A DNA stretch of 64,000 nt from an uncultured Acidobacteriota bacterium (GTDB taxonomy: Bacteria > Acidobacteriota > Thermoanaerobaculia > UBA5066), in NCBI GenBank assembly GCA_963779415.1, contig CAVZYA010000002.1, positions 320,001 to 384,000 of the forward strand. The letters run 5' to 3'. Every line of letters begins with the position of its first letter. Position 1 is the first letter of the stretch. The position numbers were made by a program, and so were the translations under genes. The notes under the pieces were generated by a model, which worked only from the letters and a program-made list of their open reading frames with translations, was not told the DNA's origin and searched no databases. This document shows, one piece after another, positions 49,626 to 59,940 of the stretch.

Positions 49626-50813
49626 GTGACGCGTCCCCCCCGCTCGATCCTCGTCGTCGTCTTCCTGACGGTTTTCATCGACCTCGTCGGGTTCGGGATC
49701 GTCATCCCGCTTCTCCCGCTCTACGCAAAGACACATTCGCCGTCGCCGGCGGTCCTCGGACTCCTGATGGCGTCGTTCTCGGCCATGCAGTTCTTCTTCG
49801 CACCGGTTCTCGGCAGGCTCTCGGACCGGTTCGGCCGGCGGCCCATCGTCCTCTTCTCGCTCCTCGGGACGGTCGTGAGCTATCTCCTCTTCGCGTTCGC
49901 CCACACGATCCCGGGCCTCTTCGCCTCGCGAATCCTCGCGGGGATCACCGGCGGGAACATCGCCGCCGCGCAGGCGATCATCGCGGACGTGACGCCCCCC
50001 GAGGAGCGCGCACGCGGGATGGCGCTCGTCGGGATGGCCTTCGGGCTCGGCTTCATCTTCGGGCCGGCCATCGGCGGCTTCGCCGTCCGCCTCGGCGAGG
50101 CGGGGCCCGGCTTCTTCGCCGCCTCCCTCTCGGCCCTCGCGTTTCTCTGGGCCTTCTTCCGTCTCCCGGAGACGCGCCCCGAAAACGCGGCCCCTCGCCC
50201 GGCGACGCTTCTTCCGGTCGCGGCCCTCGTCCGGACCTTCCGGCGCCCCGGAATCGGCGTCTTTCTCCTTCTCTCGGCTCTGACGACGACGGCCTTCGCG
50301 AACTTCGAGGGGACCTTCTCGCTCTTCCTTTCGATGACCTTCCGCCTCCCGCCGGAGAAGGTCGCCGGAGCGTTCGTCGCGATCGGCGTTCTCGGCGTCC
50401 TCGTCCAGGGGGGGCTGATCCGGCCTCTCGTGAAGCGCTTCGGCGAGGTGTGGGTCCTCGTCGTCGGCGCGGCCCTCGTTCTCGCCGGCTTTCTTTCCCT
50501 CCTCGGCGCCCGGACGCTCGCGACTCTCGTTCCCGCCGTCGGCATTCTCGGCATCGGAATCGGCATCACGAACCCCGCCCTCTCCGGCGTCGTCTCGCGC
50601 CGCACGTCCCCCGCCGAGCAGGGCGAGGTGCTGGGCTCGTTCCAGTCGATGGCCTCCCTCGGGCGGGTCATCGGTCCCTTCTGGGGGGCGAGCGCTTTCC
50701 TTCGCTACGGGCCGGTCGGCCCCTTCGGCGCGGGGGTCCTTCTCGAGGCGGCGGCGTTGATCCTCTGCCTCTCGCGCCTCGCCCGGGAAAGACGGGAGGC
50801 GAGCACGGCATGA
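49626..50813 (+). CDS. MFS transporter, TetA/DHA1-like
   Basis: GRLSDRFGRRP motif A; GLGFIFGPAIGG; about 12 TM helices. Confidence 0.9.
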   Translation: MTRPPRSILVVVFLTVFIDLVGFGIVIPLLPLYAKTHSPSPAVLGLLMASFSAMQFFFAPVLGRLSDRFGRRPIVLFSLLGTVVSYLLFAFAHTIPGLFASRILAGITGGNIAAAQAIIADVTPPEERARGMALVGMAFGLGFIFGPAIGGFAVRLGEAGPGFFAASLSALAFLWAFFRLPETRPENAAPRPATLLPVAALVRTFRRPGIGVFLLLSALTTTAFANFEGTFSLFLSMTFRLPPEKVAGAFVAIGVLGVLVQGGLIRPLVKRFGEVWVLVVGAALVLAGFLSLLGARTLATLVPAVGILGIGIGITNPALSGVVSRRTSPAEQGEVLGSFQSMASLGRVIGPFWGASAFLRYGPVGPFGAGVLLEAAALILCLSRLARERREASTA

Positions 50814-51358
50814 GCGCCCCCGTGGCGCTCCTGCGGGAATGTCCCGCGATCCGGATCCCGGAGGGGATGCTGTTCGTCCTCCCGGCGGGAACGCCGGTCA
50901 CCCTCATGCAGGCTCTCGGCGGCTCTTACACGGTCGAGGTGCCGTCGTTCGGCGGCCTCTTCCGGATCGCAGGGCGCGACGCCGACGCGCTCGGCCGCGC
51001 GCCCGCCGCGCGCGGGGACGCCCCGGCGGCCGGAGCGGCCGGCCCAGTCACGGAAGAGGCCGTCTGGGACCAGCTTCGGGGCTGCTACGACCCCGAGATT
51101 CCCGTCAACGTCGTCGACCTCGGCCTCGTCTACGACCTGAAGCTCCTCCCGCACCGGTCGGGGAAGAGCCGCGTCGAAGTGAAGATGACCCTTACGGCGC
51201 CCGGGTGCGGGATGGGTCCGGCCATCGCGGCCGATGCCCAGCAGAAGATCGCAGCGCTCCCCACCGTCGCCGAAGCGGAGGTCGCCATCGTCTGGGACCC
51301 GCCCTGGAGCGCCGACATGATGACCCCCGAAGGGAAACGCCGGCTGGGGATAGGTTAG
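50810..51358 (+). CDS. sufT: Fe-S cluster assembly protein SufT (DUF59)
   Basis: QALGGSYTV...FRIAG.DADALG N-domain; YDPEIPVNVVDLGLVY, MTLTAPGCGMG, WDPPW. Confidence 0.88.
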   Translation: MSAPVALLRECPAIRIPEGMLFVLPAGTPVTLMQALGGSYTVEVPSFGGLFRIAGRDADALGRAPAARGDAPAAGAAGPVTEEAVWDQLRGCYDPEIPVNVVDLGLVYDLKLLPHRSGKSRVEVKMTLTAPGCGMGPAIAADAQQKIAALPTVAEAEVAIVWDPPWSADMMTPEGKRRLGIG

Positions 51359-51360
51359 CC

Positions 51361-53145
51361 TCAGTTTGGCTCGGCCTCGTCGTCCGAAGCGGGCAGGAAA
51401 GACGGATCCCCCGAGACGTTGTCGATGACGGAAACGTAGGGGAAGACGGGCGCCGCGGCCGTGACGACGAGATACGCGTTCGACGTGACGACCGAGCCTG
51501 CGCCGACGAGGTCGAAGATGTTCGGCGAGAGCTGGTAGGCCTCCAGAGGAGCGTACGTCCTCGTCGCGGCCCCCAGAAGCGTTCCGTCCCCGTCCCGGAG
51601 CGTGAAGGTGATCTCCACGGGCGTCTCGTTCGGGTTGTAGGCCCCGGCATTCGAGCGCGAGCCGACGGTAGTGCTTCCTCCCCACGCAAGGCCGAGGAAC
51701 AGCGCCCGCATTCTGGCCGCCGACTGAGGAAGGGCCGGGATCATCGTCCCGAAGGCGGGAGCGGGGGGAAGAGGAGAGGAGATCCGGGACGAGGCGCTGA
51801 CCGGCCCGGTGGAGGTCGGCCACGAGATCTCGATGGCGCCGGCGGTGCCGGGAGCCATGAACGTCTGGCCGATGACGTCGGTCAGCATCACCTCCTGGCG
51901 CGGGGCAAGGCTGAGAACCTGCGTTCCGTTCCCGCAGCTCAACCCGGCGAAGCATCGATAGACGAGCGTCACGGGCGTCGACGAACCATAGGACCGATTC
52001 ATTAGCCAGACGTCCGTGTGGAAGAAGGTCCCGTTCCAGCCGGCCTTCGAGGCGGCCGTCGGAACGGTCAGCATGGCTTTCCCTGAAGCCGGCCCCGAAA
52101 GAGAAAGCCGGCCCACCTTGTGTGCCTTGCTCTCCGTGAACCAGATGTTCCCGTCCGGGCCGGCGCAGATGGCGGCCGGCCCCGCGTCGGGTGTCGGCAC
52201 CTGAAACTCCGTGACGACACCCTGCGGCGTAATCCGCCCGATCTTGTTGCCGTCAAACTCGGTGAACCAGAGGTTCCCATCGAGGCCAGCGGCGATGTCG
52301 AACGGAGAGCTGTTCGGCGTCGGCATGGCGTACTTCGTCACGGCGCCGGCCGCCGTCACCTTGCCGATGGCGTTGCTCCTCATCGTGATCCAGGCATTTC
52401 CGCCCGGGCCGAGCACCATAGAAGTGGCCTGATCCGGGTCGAGCGAGGCGACGATGCTGAGCCCCGTTCCGTCAAGATTGATGCGCTGAATGCCCGCGAA
52501 CGGCAGCGTCGGATGAGACTGGTGAAACAGGTCCGAGAAGATGAACCAGAGGCTGCCTTCTGGGGAGACGATGATTCCCGTAGCGCTCGTGCCGTATGGG
52601 AGCGGGTACGTCGTGATCTGCCCACCGGGCGAGGCCTTTCCGATGGCCGTAAGGCCGGGGCCGATGGGCCCGGTTATCCCCGCTGACGTAAACCAGACAT
52701 TTCCATCGGGGCCGGACACGAAGCCTACCGGCACCGCAAGATACAAGCCAAGCGGAAGCTCGAGGAGCTGGCCCGATGTCGAGATCCGGCCAATGCCGGG
52801 AGGCCCCCCTTCCATTCCAAACCAGATGTTCTGATCGGGTCCGACCGTGATCCCTGACGGGCCTACTCCGGGCGCCACGTCGAACTCGGTGGTCGATCCG
52901 TCCATCGCCACCCGCACGATCCTGGAAGAGCCGAACTCTGTCATCCAGAGGGCCCCGTCCGGGCCTGCTGTCATCGAGTGGGCGTAGAAGTCTGGCTCGC
53001 TGTTTACCCACCCTGATCCAGCCAGCGGGAATTCCGTCATGAGACCCTGGCCCTTGGTCGCAGGCGCCCACACGACGAGGCAGCAGGCGAGGGTGGCTGG
53101 CACGAGCCGGGGAAACCTAGGGGGCCTTACGTGAACCTGCGTCAT
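51361..53145 (-). CDS. Secreted Vgb (virginiamycin B lyase)-like beta-propeller with the shared C-terminal domain
   Basis: Repeated GPDGN.WFT motifs; signal peptide; C-terminal GTFFHTDVWLMN...SVIDNVSGDP domain. Confidence 0.8.
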   Translation of the reverse strand: MTQVHVRPPRFPRLVPATLACCLVVWAPATKGQGLMTEFPLAGSGWVNSEPDFYAHSMTAGPDGALWMTEFGSSRIVRVAMDGSTTEFDVAPGVGPSGITVGPDQNIWFGMEGGPPGIGRISTSGQLLELPLGLYLAVPVGFVSGPDGNVWFTSAGITGPIGPGLTAIGKASPGGQITTYPLPYGTSATGIIVSPEGSLWFIFSDLFHQSHPTLPFAGIQRINLDGTGLSIVASLDPDQATSMVLGPGGNAWITMRSNAIGKVTAAGAVTKYAMPTPNSSPFDIAAGLDGNLWFTEFDGNKIGRITPQGVVTEFQVPTPDAGPAAICAGPDGNIWFTESKAHKVGRLSLSGPASGKAMLTVPTAASKAGWNGTFFHTDVWLMNRSYGSSTPVTLVYRCFAGLSCGNGTQVLSLAPRQEVMLTDVIGQTFMAPGTAGAIEISWPTSTGPVSASSRISSPLPPAPAFGTMIPALPQSAARMRALFLGLAWGGSTTVGSRSNAGAYNPNETPVEITFTLRDGDGTLLGAATRTYAPLEAYQLSPNIFDLVGAGSVVTSNAYLVVTAAAPVFPYVSVIDNVSGDPSFLPASDDEAEPN

Positions 53146-53349
53146 AGGATTGCTTCCCTTCCGTACGTGCTACCAGGTTGACTGGACCCTCCGGGCTTCC
53201 CGCCAAGTCTGACAGGGCGTGGCTCGTTTTCGCCGCAGTCACGCCCCGTAGGGTGCAAAACTGCGCGCCGTCTCGTCGGGCGTCGGCCGCACGTTTCAGG
53301 TCCAACGCCGAGAAGTCGGAACCTAAACGGTCGGCAGCGCCCGTAGCCT

Positions 53350-56121
53350 TCAATGCGCATTCGAAATGGCGATGGCGAAGTCCTGCCGCCGAGTGTTCCC
53401 GGTTGGATCGATGCCGTCGCCCTGAAGGGATGTTGCCGTAACGCTAAGGGTGAATTGTGTCCCGTTGGCTGCGAACGCGTAGGCCGGGAGCGAGATGCGC
53501 TCCACATTGTTCTTGTGGTCGAAGTTGAGCGTCCCATACTGACCAATGGAATACCCTTGTCGATCGCAACACGTGCTGCATGTGTAGTAATAGTCACCGG
53601 TAAAGACAGGCGCGCCGCCAGGGCCCGGGATATCCAGCCGCAGATCGAGGTCATTGACCAGCGTGCCGACAGGATTCAACAGATTCACTATGGTGACAGC
53701 ATCGGTCCAGACCAACGTGATTTCGATCGGCAGCGTGTAGTCGACCACAGAAAACGTCTGCCACCAATACTGCCCGTTGGCGGTAAACGGCTGTTGCTGG
53801 TCGCGGAAGAAGTAATTAGTGACCGGACGAAACAGCTCGTTCAGTGCGAGACCGCCCCAGCCCTGATGTCGATCAGGCCTGGGAAGCGTTGTGCCGCAAT
53901 ACGAACAGGTCGTGCAGCTCGGTGGGGGGTTTGTGCACGCCGGGTTGCAGGGGGCCAGATTCTTGCTAGCGGTGAGAAGAATGGCCTTTGTGAGGGCGGG
54001 CGAGGGGTCGGCAATGTTGAAGGCCGGGGTACTATGTACCCATTCTCGAACGAGAGCGGCGGCGCCTGTAACGACAGGTGTCGCAAAGCTCGTCCCCGAA
54101 TCCCACTGATAGTGTGGCTGACCAGATCCGGCGCCAGTCAGATTCTCATTGCAGCCCAAGAGACAGGGGTTGGCCGCGGCAGTTGAACGGCCGTAAGAGC
54201 GGGTGCCCGGGGCGACAAGGTCGGGCTTGGCGCGATTGAGGGACCATCCGATCCGACTAAACAGGGCCACCTGTCGCTGGTCGTCTGCGTCGGTGCCCCT
54301 CATGCAGGGGCATGTGCCAGTGCCGTAGGTCTGCTGGTTATACGATTCCGTGGCGCCGACTGTGATCACGTTCCTGGCGGTGCCCGGCGCTGGGATGGAC
54401 CCGGGTTGCTGGGAGCTACAGGCCGAGTAATCGTTGTCTGCGGCCACGACATGGAGGGCTTGCTTCGGCTGGCCCGAGGCGCCGTAAAGCCTTGTATTGG
54501 CATCGAAGTCCCAGTAGTAGTAGTTCAGCCGTCGAGTGCTGCGGTCGAGTATGACCGCGGTCTCCTCATAGCCGCCTTCGGAGTACGGGTCGTTCCTCGC
54601 CCAACTGTGGTTGAAAAGTGTCACGCCAGGTCCGGTGACGTGGTAGTCGGGCAGGGTCGTGGTTGCCGAGAGCTCGACGAGGGAGTACACGAGGCGGGTG
54701 TATGAGTTACTGAGGTCGCCGCCATATGGAGTTCTATAAGCTTCAGGATGAGCAGGGCACTGCAAGGTCCGCCAGAATTTGGAGAGTGCGAGGCGGGCGC
54801 CTTGAGTGGTGCCCTGAGTGTTGGGAGCAGCGACGCCTTGGGTGAAGTTATAATGGTCGGTATCGTAGCCAGGGCTCGCTGGGCCGGCGTTGCCGGCGAG
54901 AATCGAGGCGACAAGCGTGCCGTGGAACCAGTAATCGTCGCCGCGCGTGTTGAGAACAGCGTCCCCAGTGGTGGTATCAGCGGCGAATACAAGACGGCAG
55001 GCGCTGGCGGTGCCCAGGAAGGGTGGGCAGTAAGCGACGCCGTTCTCAGTTAGGCCGGCATCGACGCCGGTATCAAGGAGACCGATCACCTGGTTTTCGG
55101 GATGAATGCCGATGGCGGATAGGCGTTTGAGGTACTCGTCCGAGTAGTAAAGGTTGTAGTAGTTAGGGTTAGGAGTATTGGAGGGGAGGGAGGATTGGGT
55201 ATACGTGGTGTTCGGGGTGGCGAAGGTGCCGCCGACGATGCGGTTGGAGCGCTCATCGGCGGGTCCCAAATGGATCGACATGCGCCGCACGCTCAAGACT
55301 TCAGGGAAGGAGGCGAAGTCGATGGCTTCCTGGCGGGTCAGGAGGGTGGTGTACGAAATGACGGTCGGCGTCTGGTCGATGATGGTGGGCTCGGCGCCCC
55401 CCCGGGTTCGAAGAAGGCCTGCTACCGTTTCGGAGGCAGCGGCGACGACATGAACGTAGGTCCACTGGGGGCCGTCGTCATCTCCCTCCTCGCGGGTGTC
55501 GAGGTTGAAGCGCTTTAGGCCTGCGGGAAGGTCGGTGGTCTTGTAGATCGTGGTGAATCGTCTGGGGAGCTGGCTGATGGCGGAGCGGGGACCGTAGAAG
55601 AGCCAGGCCATTGACTGCATGGGAGTCACGGGCTGAAAGCCGGCTTTTTCGAGGGCGTCGATCCAGGCTGGCTCGGGCCAGGCCTTGAAGACAACTGCGA
55701 AGAGGGCGTTGGAGAGCAGCGGGGTCGTCTCGGTGCGCCCGGGGAAGTCAGCTTCGAAGGCGTCGGTATCAGCGTCGTAGGGGCTCTTCGCGAAGTAGAT
55801 CTTTCTGGCGTCCGGCAGGGGCTCCAGCGTGACGAGCCCCTGTGATTGGAGGCTCTTCAACGCGGCGATTTGAGCCGGCGCGGACGTAAACACGACGCAT
55901 TGAAGTGCATTGCAGAACTGTTCCCCCACGTTGCTGCCGGCAAGGATGTCTGCTGGCGCGGACAGGCCGGTGGCGGTTGTGGCCCCGTGGCCGGACCGGA
56001 CCACGAACGTGCCCGCGGAGGTCTGGTCCTGCGCCAAGGCCGTCGGGGATGCAACCGCGAACAGTAGGGCTGTGAGGAAAAAAAGGGCAATGCCAAGAAT
56101 GCCCTCTGGGCTTCGTTTCAT
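53350..56121 (-). CDS. Large secreted S8 subtilase with propeptide and Cys-rich inserts
   Basis: LLDTGVD, HGTLVA, KPDLVAPG, GTSFATP, PSPALTKA, QGWG, LVWTD...LVNDLDL, NNVE; SD GGAGG before ATG 56121. Confidence 0.88.
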   Translation of the reverse strand: MKRSPEGILGIALFFLTALLFAVASPTALAQDQTSAGTFVVRSGHGATTATGLSAPADILAGSNVGEQFCNALQCVVFTSAPAQIAALKSLQSQGLVTLEPLPDARKIYFAKSPYDADTDAFEADFPGRTETTPLLSNALFAVVFKAWPEPAWIDALEKAGFQPVTPMQSMAWLFYGPRSAISQLPRRFTTIYKTTDLPAGLKRFNLDTREEGDDDGPQWTYVHVVAAASETVAGLLRTRGGAEPTIIDQTPTVISYTTLLTRQEAIDFASFPEVLSVRRMSIHLGPADERSNRIVGGTFATPNTTYTQSSLPSNTPNPNYYNLYYSDEYLKRLSAIGIHPENQVIGLLDTGVDAGLTENGVAYCPPFLGTASACRLVFAADTTTGDAVLNTRGDDYWFHGTLVASILAGNAGPASPGYDTDHYNFTQGVAAPNTQGTTQGARLALSKFWRTLQCPAHPEAYRTPYGGDLSNSYTRLVYSLVELSATTTLPDYHVTGPGVTLFNHSWARNDPYSEGGYEETAVILDRSTRRLNYYYWDFDANTRLYGASGQPKQALHVVAADNDYSACSSQQPGSIPAPGTARNVITVGATESYNQQTYGTGTCPCMRGTDADDQRQVALFSRIGWSLNRAKPDLVAPGTRSYGRSTAAANPCLLGCNENLTGAGSGQPHYQWDSGTSFATPVVTGAAALVREWVHSTPAFNIADPSPALTKAILLTASKNLAPCNPACTNPPPSCTTCSYCGTTLPRPDRHQGWGGLALNELFRPVTNYFFRDQQQPFTANGQYWWQTFSVVDYTLPIEITLVWTDAVTIVNLLNPVGTLVNDLDLRLDIPGPGGAPVFTGDYYYTCSTCCDRQGYSIGQYGTLNFDHKNNVERISLPAYAFAANGTQFTLSVTATSLQGDGIDPTGNTRRQDFAIAISNAH

Positions 56122-56272
56122 AAGTGCCTCCAATGAAAGGAGATCAGCGAATAAGGCTCGGTGCTAAGGGTTCCAGGGTTTCGATAGACGACACTTGGCC
56201 TCACGTCTTCAATGGGCGAAAGGAAGCGATGTTTCTCTTGTTGAAGTTAGGGCCGGGGGCTCAGTCTCGCAG

Positions 56273-56737
56273 TTACCTTTTCCTGCCAAACTTGTCTTCT
56301 TCTGCCATTCGAGGCACCGGTGCGGCGATAGCCGGCCTCCGAAGTGCGCCCAGCATCTCTTCTTCCTTCACCCGGCACCGGAGGCGCCCCGGCGTATCGG
56401 CGAACTCTCGGTGAACGAAACGGCAGAGCGACGGCGGGCTCGCGAAGCCGAGGCGCTCGCAGACACAGGAAAGAGGAATGTCCTCCAGAAGCTCGTGCCG
56501 CAGCTCGCGGCGTCGCCAGATGACGAGGAGGTCCCGGACGGTGAGACCTGCCTCACGAAGCCTTCGGTGAAGAGTCCGCTCAGAAACTCCGAGGCGGTGA
56601 GCGAAGGCCTTGGCCCCAAGCCGGGCGAGGAGGCCGAGTCGTTCCGGATCAGTCAGAAGGCCGCCCACCGTCAGAGACGACGGCAGGGGCTTCCTCGTCT
56701 TTCTATGAGTTGCCCCGATGCGTTTCGATGCCGACAT
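56273..56737 (-). CDS. AraC-family helix-turn-helix protein (DNA-binding domain only)
   Basis: AHRLGVSERTLHRRL...LGFASPPSLCRFVHREFADTPG. Confidence 0.75.
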   Translation of the reverse strand: MSASKRIGATHRKTRKPLPSSLTVGGLLTDPERLGLLARLGAKAFAHRLGVSERTLHRRLREAGLTVRDLLVIWRRRELRHELLEDIPLSCVCERLGFASPPSLCRFVHREFADTPGRLRCRVKEEEMLGALRRPAIAAPVPRMAEEDKFGRKR

Positions 56738-57055
56738 GGTCGGTGCCTTCTTCGGATCGGTCGTTCCTCTTACTCGCAGAGCCTTGATCTGCCCCGTCCC
56801 GGTGCGTCGCGAGAGCCGCCTCAGGAAGGTACTCAGCCCTACTCCATCAGTAGAGTGGCCACGAGAGGCCTTTTTTCGGACAGGCTCCGGAACTTTTTCT
56901 TCTACGGAAGTCGAGAGTCGAGACCCGTCGCTTCCGAGCGGCGAGCGCGTAGTCCAGATCAGGCTCGATGGCGTTCGATGGGAGCGGCCGCGATTCGCTC
57001 CTAGAATCGATGACTTAGAGGTCGAAGATCCCCTCTGATGCGGAAGATGGGCGAT

Positions 57056-57412
57056 CTACTGAATCCGAACTCTTCCGGAGAAGCCTTCTTCGTAACCGTG
57101 GAAGTAGTCGAGCGACTCCTCGGGCCATTTCCAGCAGAAGTAGCCGCCCCCCGAGTCGAAGTCGACGAGCCACGGCCCCTTGACCTCGATCCCGAGAGCC
57201 TCGATGTCGCGGGCCCACGCCCCGAGGATCTCGGCGGCCTCCCGTTCCAGCTGCTCGCGCGATTCCTCCGCGTCGTCGGATTCTCCCCCCGTCGTTCGGG
57301 CCAGCGCCGAAAGGGCTTCCTTCGTCCGCTTTCGAACGGCCGGTATCAGGTTCCGTGCCTCCTCGTATGAGAAAACCCGCTTCGCGGCGCCCACGCCGGC
57401 ATCGTAACGCAC
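57056..57412 (-). CDS. DUF2203 family protein
   Basis: FSYEEARNLIP, GIEVKG..LVDF, CWKWPE, HGYEEGFSGR. Confidence 0.82.
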   Translation of the reverse strand: MRYDAGVGAAKRVFSYEEARNLIPAVRKRTKEALSALARTTGGESDDAEESREQLEREAAEILGAWARDIEALGIEVKGPWLVDFDSGGGYFCWKWPEESLDYFHGYEEGFSGRVRIQ

Positions 57413-57434
57413 CGGCTCTGTCTATGATCCGCGC

Positions 57435-58612
57435 GTGAGACCCCTCGAGACCGACGCGGCGCGCCTGGCTGCCGGCGCCATCGCTCTTCGCCGACAGATT
57501 CACGCGCGGCCCGAGACCGCCTTCGAGGAAGTGGAGACGGCGGCACTTGTCGCCGGCCGGATGCGTGCGCGCGGCCTCACCGTGAGGACCGGCCTCGGTA
57601 AGACCGGCCTCGCGGCCCTTCTGGACACGGGGCGTCCGGGGCGGACGGTGCTCCTCCGCGCCGAGCTCGACGCGCTCCCCGTCGCGGAGCGGACCGGCCT
57701 CCCGTTCGCCTCAACCAACGGGAAGATGCACGCCTGTGGGCACGACGGCCACATCGCGGCGCTCGACATGGCCGCCGATCTCCTCCTTGGGGACCCTCCG
57801 GAACGGGGACGGATCGTCTTCGCCTTCCAGCCTGCCGAAGAGAGCACCGGAGGCGCGACCTCGATGATCGCCGATGGCGTTCTCGCCGACCCGCGTCCGG
57901 ACGTCGTTTTCGGCCTCCATCTCTGGACGCCGCTCCCGTTCGGCACGGTCGGCGTGATGGCGGGCCCGATGATGGCGGCGGTGGACGAGTTCTCAATCGA
58001 GGTGACCGGCCGGGGAGGACACGCCGCCTCGCCCCACGAGACATCCGACGCGGTTCTGGCCGCTTCGAACGTCGTGCAGGCGCTCCAGTCCGTCGTTTCG
58101 CGGCGGCTCCCGCCCCTCTCGCCCGCCGTGGTTTCGGTTGCGTCCATCCACGGAGGAACCGCCTTCAATGTCCTCCCCGACCGTGTCGTCCTGACGGGCA
58201 CCTGCCGCTCCTTCGAATCCGGTACGGTCGACGCGCTTCCCGGACTCGTGACCGGAATTGCCACGGCAGCCGCAATCGTCTCGGGCTGCACGGCGGAGAC
58301 CACCTACATCCGGAAGAGCCGGGCTCTCGTCAACGACGCCGGCGAAGCAAGTCGCGCCGCCCGATGCGCGGCCGCCATCGTCGGGGAAAGGAACGTGACA
58401 TCCGACTGCCGGACGATGGGGGGGAGGATTTCAGCGAATTCCTCGCGAGGCTTCCGGGTGCGTTCGCCTTCGTCGGCGCCGCGCCGGTCTCGAACTCGCC
58501 GGGACTCCGGCGGATGCACCACGCTCCCGATTTCGACTTCGACGAGCGCGCTCTTCCCGTCGCCGCGAGGCTCCTCGCCGCGTACGCCCGCTCTGTCCTC
58601 GCGGGCGAATGA
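57435..58612 (+). pseudogene. M20D amidohydrolase, frameshifted in a G7 run at 58418-58424
   Basis: RRQIHARPE, LRAELDALP, MHACGHDGH, FQPAEE, GGHA. The conserved MGGEDFS and HH.PDFDFDE continue in another frame; eight Gs would restore the frame. Confidence 0.8.
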
Positions 58613-59940
58613 CGCTCGCCCTTCTCCTTTACGGCGCCGTCGTCCTCCTCGTCGGCGCGGCGGCGGCCCGCGCCTCCTCGCGCGGGCCGGAGTCGTTCCT
58701 CGTCGGGGATCGCTCGTTCGGAGCCCTCGCCGTCTGGGCCGCGCTCTCCTCGACGACGATCGGGGGGTCCACGACGCTCGTCCTCGCGGCACTCGTCGCG
58801 CGCTCCGGCCTTCCGGCGCTCTGGCTCGACATCGCCGGGGCGCTCGGCCTGGCCGCCCTCGGGCTCTTCCTCGCGCGGCGCGTCCGCGCCACCGGCGCCG
58901 TCACCATCGCCGAGGTGATCGGCCTCTTCTACGGACCCTCCGTCCGGCGGATCGCCGCCTTCCTCGTCGTCCTCGCCGAGATCGTCTGGTTCGCGCTCCT
59001 CGCGGAGGCGACGACGGCCGTCCTGACGGCCGCCACGCCGTGGGAGCCGCGGCGCGTCCTCGTCCTCTCGACGCTCGTCTTCGTCGCCTACACGCTCCTC
59101 GGCGGGCAGCGCGCCGTCGTCCGGACCGACCTCCTCCAGCTCGCGCTGATGGCGGCGGGGATTCTCGCCATCGCCGCCCCCCTCGCGGTCCGTTCCCTCG
59201 CCGGGACGGGCCTGCCGCACGCACTTCTCTCGTTCCCGTTCGGCCCGCGCCTCGGGCCGCTCGACGCGGCTGCGCTGCTGGTCCTCGTCGGGCTCCCCCA
59301 TGCGGTGGGGAGCGACGTCTGGGCGAAGCTCCTTTCCGCGCGGGACGAGACGGCGGCACGCCGGGCCGCCCTCGGCGCCGCCGGATCGAAGCTCCTGTTC
59401 GGTCTCGCGACGGTCACGATCGCCCTCGCGGGGTCGGCGCGCGGCCTCGGCGCCGGGCCGGAGCTCTTCCCGCGGACCGTTCTGGCGCTCGTCGGAGAGG
59501 CGCTCGGCCCGTTCCTCCTCGTCGCGATGGTCGCGACGATGCAATCCTCCTCCGACTCCGTCCTTCTCTCCGCCGCCGCGGCCACGGTCCACGATCTCCT
59601 TCCGCGCCGCTTCGACACGCCGGGAATGGCGCGCCTCTTCGTGGCGCTCTACGGCGGCTGCGGCCTCGCGGTCGCGCTGGCCCTTCCCGACCTCGTCGAG
59701 ACCTTCCGGCTCGGATACACGCTCTTTGCGTCGGGGCTGATCCTCCCGACGCTCGTCGCGCTGACTCCCTCTCTCCGCGTCTCGCGTGCCGTCGCCGGGG
59801 CCGCGATGCTGACGGGGGCCGCTGCGGCCATGGCCGAGCGCCTCTTCGGTCTCACGGGCCTCGACCCGGTCCTCTTCGGAACGGGCGCCAATGCCGCGGT
59901 CCTCCTCGCGGGCCTCCGGCGGCGGGAGACCTCCCTCTAG
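58609..59940 (+). CDS. Sodium:solute symporter family protein
   Basis: FLVGDRS, STTIGG, YTLLGGQRAVVRTDLLQ, ATMQSSSDS; many TM helices. Confidence 0.85.
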   Translation: MTLALLLYGAVVLLVGAAAARASSRGPESFLVGDRSFGALAVWAALSSTTIGGSTTLVLAALVARSGLPALWLDIAGALGLAALGLFLARRVRATGAVTIAEVIGLFYGPSVRRIAAFLVVLAEIVWFALLAEATTAVLTAATPWEPRRVLVLSTLVFVAYTLLGGQRAVVRTDLLQLALMAAGILAIAAPLAVRSLAGTGLPHALLSFPFGPRLGPLDAAALLVLVGLPHAVGSDVWAKLLSARDETAARRAALGAAGSKLLFGLATVTIALAGSARGLGAGPELFPRTVLALVGEALGPFLLVAMVATMQSSSDSVLLSAAAATVHDLLPRRFDTPGMARLFVALYGGCGLAVALALPDLVETFRLGYTLFASGLILPTLVALTPSLRVSRAVAGAAMLTGAAAAMAERLFGLTGLDPVLFGTGANAAVLLAGLRRRETSL

